NCBI RefSeq assembly: GCF_001690525.1
Contig: NZ_LZGT01000104.1
Location: 4,727-36,726 of the forward strand
Length of the DNA stretch: 32,000 bases
DNA from: Gilliamella sp. App6-5
Lineage (GTDB): Bacteria > Pseudomonadota > Gammaproteobacteria > Enterobacterales > Orbaceae
Direction: 5' to 3'
The position numbers were made by a program, and so were the translations under genes. The notes beneath the pieces are model-generated. The model was not told the DNA's origin. It did not search any database and worked only from the letters and a program-made list of their open reading frames with translations. This document shows, piece after piece, positions 28,773 through 32,000 of this stretch. Every line of letters begins with the position of its first letter. Within the stretch, counting starts at the first letter, position 1.

Positions 28773-28886
28773 GCTTATTTATTCCATATAACAAAAACGA
28801 CAAAAAACTATTGCACTTTTTTTTAAAACGAGTATTTTGTTAGAAATAATTTTAAAAAATGACAAAAAAGTTAATTATATCGCATT

Positions 28887-28970
28887 ATGAAATTTTCACT
28901 CAAAATCGTCCTCATCAACATTATTGTCAGCGTGGTCATTATTCCAACGCGGGGGCGTTTTTTGAATTAA
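28887..28970 (+). CDS. ilvL: ilvGMEDA-type leader peptide
   Basis: The 27-codon ORF is MKFSLKIVLINIIVSVVIIPTRGRFLN, in which 13 of 27 residues are Ile, Val or Leu. An attenuator hairpin follows it, upstream of ilvG. It is too short for the ORF track. Confidence 0.85.
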   Translation: MKFSLKIVLINIIVSVVIIPTRGRFLN

Positions 28971-28992
28971 AAATGTGTTCATACATAAAATC

Positions 28993-29028
28993 AAAAACCC
29001 CCGCTCCCCAAAAAGCGGGGGTTTTTTT
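28993..29028 (+). terminator. ilv attenuator terminator
   Basis: The terminator is aaaaACCCCCGCTccccaaaaAGCGGGGGTttttttt. The upstream segment GCGGGGG (28949..28955, inside leader codons T-R-G-R) can pair alternatively with CCCCCGC as an antiterminator. Confidence 0.85.
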
Positions 29029-29107
29029 ATGAATATTTTTTACAAACGGCTTATAAACAATGTTTTATAAACAGTAACTGAATAAAATAAGAACAAGTGA
29101 GGAATAA

Positions 29108-30784
29108 ATGTTAGGAACACAGTGGATAGTAAAAACCTTAAAAGAAAAAGGCGTTACCACCGTTTTTGGATATCCCGGTGGACAAATTATGCCTCTATAT
29201 GATGCGCTTTATGATGGTGGAATTGAGCATGTACTTTGTCGTCACGAACAAGGTGCTGCAATGGCCGCAATCGGCTATGCTCGTGCAACCGGAAAAACCG
29301 GCGTTTGTATTGCCACATCAGGCCCAGGTGCTACAAATATTATTACAGGGCTTGCCGATGCGTTAATTGATTCAGTACCTATTGTTGCCATTACAGGACA
29401 AGTGCCAACCAAACTTATTGGTACTGACGCCTTTCAAGAAGTGGATGTATTAGGATTATCACTAGCCTGCACCAAACACAGTTATTTAATTGACGATGCA
29501 AAAGACTTGCCCAACACCTTAGAGCAAGCATTTAACTTAGCCTGCTCGGGTAGGCCAGGACCAATATTAATTGATGTGCCCAAAGATATACAGCTTGCAA
29601 ATCTTGACTATCAACAATATTTTACGCCATCCTCATTAAAAACCGCACAAGATAACAATCAACTATATCCAATCTCGCTTGATGATATAAAACAAGCCAA
29701 AGAAATGATCGCCCAAGCCCAAAAACCGATACTTTATATTGGTGGTGGTGTTGGACTTTCTGGCGCCATATCCGAGCTAAGAGATTTTATGGCCTTAACA
29801 CACATTCCAAGTGTATCAACCTTAAAAGGACTTGGGGTTGCCGATTTGAATAATCCTTATTACTTAGGATTAATTGGTATGCACGGCGCCAAAGCTGCCA
29901 ATTTAGCCGTACAAGAGTGTGATTTGTTAATTGCCTTAGGTGTTCGATTTGATGATAGAGTGACCGGCAACCTTAATGAATTTGCTCGACATGCTAAAGT
30001 ACTTCATATAGATATCGATCAGGCCGAAATCAACAAATTACGCCAAACCCATTTAGGATTACAAGGCGATATAAAGCAAGTTTTACCACAACTAAATCAA
30101 ACAGTTTCGATTCACGAGTGGCATAAAAAAGTTAATCAATTAAAAGCAGAGCACCCAACTCGTTACGATCATCCAGGCGAAGCGATCTACGCTCCTGCTT
30201 TATTAAAAACTCTCTCAGAAAAAAAATCAGCGTCTACGATTATTACTACTGATGTTGGGCAACACCAAATGTGGACAGCCCAGCATATGCGCTTTACCCA
30301 CCCGCAAAACTTTATTACATCAAGTGGGCTTGGCACAATGGGATTTGGTTTACCGGCCGCTGTTGGTGCGCAAATGGCAAGACCAAATGATTGTGTGATT
30401 TGTGTATCGGGTGATGGATCTTTTATGATGAATGTCCAAGAACTCACCACCATTAAACGCAAACAACTACCCATAAAAATCGTATTAATTGATAACCAAC
30501 GTCTTGGCATGGTTCGCCAATGGCAAGAGTTATTTTTTAATGAAAGATACAGCGAAACAAATCTATCAGACAATCCCGATTTTTTAATGTTAGCCAAAGC
30601 GTTTGACATACCGGGGCAAAGCATCAGCAAAAAATCACAAATTGATACAGCGCTTGATAACTTATTTAACTCAACAGGCGCTTACTTATTACATGTTTGC
30701 ATAGATGAATTAGAAAACGTATGGCCACTAGTACCCCCTGGGGCAGCAAACGAAAACATGCTAGACAAAAGTTGCAAGGAGTAA
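29108..30784 (+). CDS. ilvG: Acetolactate synthase II large subunit (intact)
   Basis: The 558-aa product has high similarity to full-length IlvG ([55 protein letters not shown], the ThDP motif [12 protein letters not shown], and [13 protein letters not shown]). Confidence 0.97.
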   Translation: MLGTQWIVKTLKEKGVTTVFGYPGGQIMPLYDALYDGGIEHVLCRHEQGAAMAAIGYARATGKTGVCIATSGPGATNIITGLADALIDSVPIVAITGQVPTKLIGTDAFQEVDVLGLSLACTKHSYLIDDAKDLPNTLEQAFNLACSGRPGPILIDVPKDIQLANLDYQQYFTPSSLKTAQDNNQLYPISLDDIKQAKEMIAQAQKPILYIGGGVGLSGAISELRDFMALTHIPSVSTLKGLGVADLNNPYYLGLIGMHGAKAANLAVQECDLLIALGVRFDDRVTGNLNEFARHAKVLHIDIDQAEINKLRQTHLGLQGDIKQVLPQLNQTVSIHEWHKKVNQLKAEHPTRYDHPGEAIYAPALLKTLSEKKSASTIITTDVGQHQMWTAQHMRFTHPQNFITSSGLGTMGFGLPAAVGAQMARPNDCVICVSGDGSFMMNVQELTTIKRKQLPIKIVLIDNQRLGMVRQWQELFFNERYSETNLSDNPDFLMLAKAFDIPGQSISKKSQIDTALDNLFNSTGAYLLHVCIDELENVWPLVPPGAANENMLDKSCKE

Positions 30785-30787
30785 GCA

Positions 30788-31018
30788 ATGAACGAACAAG
30801 CACAATATCAATTGGCCATAAAGGCTTATGACAAATTGGGATCACTTGAACGTATATTACGAGTTATCCGGCATCGAGGTGGACATATTCAATCAATGCA
30901 AATGCAAACAATTGAAAACAATACACTGACTATGACATTAATATTAACCACTGAAAGACCGCTATCAACATTACAAAACCAAGTAGCAAAATTAGAAGAT
31001 GTCATCGCGGTTGAATAA
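30788..31018 (+). CDS. ilvM: Acetolactate synthase II small subunit
   Basis: The 76-aa product has LERILRVIRHRGGHI, which matches the IlvM core LERVLRVVRHRGF. It starts 4 nt after the ilvG stop. Confidence 0.88.
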   Translation: MNEQAQYQLAIKAYDKLGSLERILRVIRHRGGHIQSMQMQTIENNTLTMTLILTTERPLSTLQNQVAKLEDVIAVE

Positions 31019-31151
31019 TCATTTTCATAAACAACTTATTGTTAAATAATAAGTTAAATAAACAAGCATAGTATAATGCTTGACTGTTAAAGTACAAATA
31101 CCTAAAGCAAAGTACCTGCTTAGCAAATTGAAAAATAAAGAGGAAAACAAA

Positions 31152-32000
31152 ATGAGTTCTACAGCAAAATCAGATTATATTTGGTTGAATGGCGAAATGG
31201 TTCCATGGGCGGATGCCAAAGTACATGTGATGTCACATGCCTTACATTATGGTACTTCCGTATTTGAAGGTGTCCGTTGTTATAACACGCACAAAGGACC
31301 AGCCATATTTCGTCATAAAGAACATGCCCAAAGATTATTAAATTCAGCCAAGATTTATCGTTTTCCTGTTTCTTATTCGCTTGAAGAAATCATGGAAGCC
31401 ACACGCCAAACGATCAAGAAAAACAAATTAGAAAGCGCTTATATTCGCCCATTAGTCTTTATTGGTGATGTGGGTATGGGCGTTAACCCACCTGAAGGTT
31501 ACAAAACCGATGTCATGATTGCCGCATTTCCATGGGGTGCCTATTTAGGCGAAGAGGCCTTAGATCAAGGTATTGATGCCATGGTCTCCTCTTGGAATCG
31601 TGTTGCATCAAACACCATTCCAGCGGCGGCTAAAGCGGGCGGTAACTATTTATCGTCATTATTAATTGGATCTGAAGCTCGTGCTAACGGCTTCCAAGAA
31701 GGTATTGCATTAGACGTGCATGGTCACCTATCTGAAGGTGCTGGCGAAAACCTATTTATCATTAAAGACGGTATTTTATATACCCCTGTTTTATCGTCAT
31801 CGGCTCTACCGGGCATTACACGTGATGCGGTATTAACACTCGCGCGCGATATAGGTATTGAAGTGCGTGAACAAACACTATCCCGTGAATCACTTTATTT
31901 AGCCGATGAAGTGTTTATGACAGGCACTGCGGCCGAAATTACCCCTGTGCGTAGTGTTGATCGCATTCAAGTTGGCATTGGTCGCTGTGGTCCAATCACT
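31152..32000 (+). CDS. ilvE: Branched-chain amino acid aminotransferase (3' end outside the window)
   Basis: It is not in the ORF track because it is open-ended. The ATG at 31152 follows AAGAGGAAAA. The translation MSSTAKSDYIWLNGEMVPWADAKVHVMSHALHYGTSVFEGVRCY... matches E. coli IlvE, and the frame is open to base 32000. Confidence 0.95.
   Translation, partial: MSSTAKSDYIWLNGEMVPWADAKVHVMSHALHYGTSVFEGVRCYNTHKGPAIFRHKEHAQRLLNSAKIYRFPVSYSLEEIMEATRQTIKKNKLESAYIRPLVFIGDVGMGVNPPEGYKTDVMIAAFPWGAYLGEEALDQGIDAMVSSWNRVASNTIPAAAKAGGNYLSSLLIGSEARANGFQEGIALDVHGHLSEGAGENLFIIKDGILYTPVLSSSALPGITRDAVLTLARDIGIEVREQTLSRESLYLADEVFMTGTAAEITPVRSVDRIQVGIGRCGPIT

Noticed and set aside
30187-30630. 147-aa minus-strand ORF.
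   Set aside because: It lies entirely inside and antisense to the strongly supported ilvG CDS, and its sequence is not protein-like.

Overview
This is an AT-rich gammaproteobacterial chromosome segment. The proteins are close to E. coli-type orthologues. Together with the low GC, that suggests an Orbales-, Pasteurellales- or Enterobacterales-like host, but I cannot identify the organism from this window. The host uses the standard genetic code: TGA is a real stop for yhdT and the tautomerase gene, and Trp is encoded by TGG.

Most of the window is ordinary housekeeping DNA, arranged as short E. coli-like syntenic blocks joined at very AT-rich junctions:
- ycbX-zapC
- ilvC
- yhdT-panF-prmA-dusB-fis
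- yebC-ruvC
- an acrAB-like RND efflux pair
- zipA-ligA
- luxS plus a 4-OT-family tautomerase
- ribA / pgpB-lapA-lapB
- ycfH-roxA
- ilvL(leader)-ilvG-ilvM-ilvE

The only accessory-looking stretch runs from about 23.2 to 28.9 kb. It holds an MFS transporter, three tandem and independently transcribed paralogous small envelope proteins, a yghA-like SDR, and a roughly 1.15-kb ORF-free decayed region. Two of the three paralogues are lipoproteins with Asp at +2. The third has lost the lipobox Cys, and one carries a 5 x 33-bp in-frame repeat. The decayed region contains an HTH pseudogene whose only two interruptions are in-frame TGA codons.

By eye I found no CRISPR array, tRNA, rRNA, intact mobile element or recognisable defence or toxin system. 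The paralogue array is the best candidate for something undescribed, but I cannot claim a complete novel system from sequence alone.

Other points worth a second look:
- LysR-type tandem operators upstream of ilvC with no adjacent ilvY.
- A 42-bp repeat shared by the ilvC-distal and ilvL-proximal junctions.
- A classic ilv leader and attenuator that the ORF track misses.
- A 28-bp palindrome over one paralogue promoter.
- A 630-bp ORF-free gap after ruvC, where ruvAB might have been expected.
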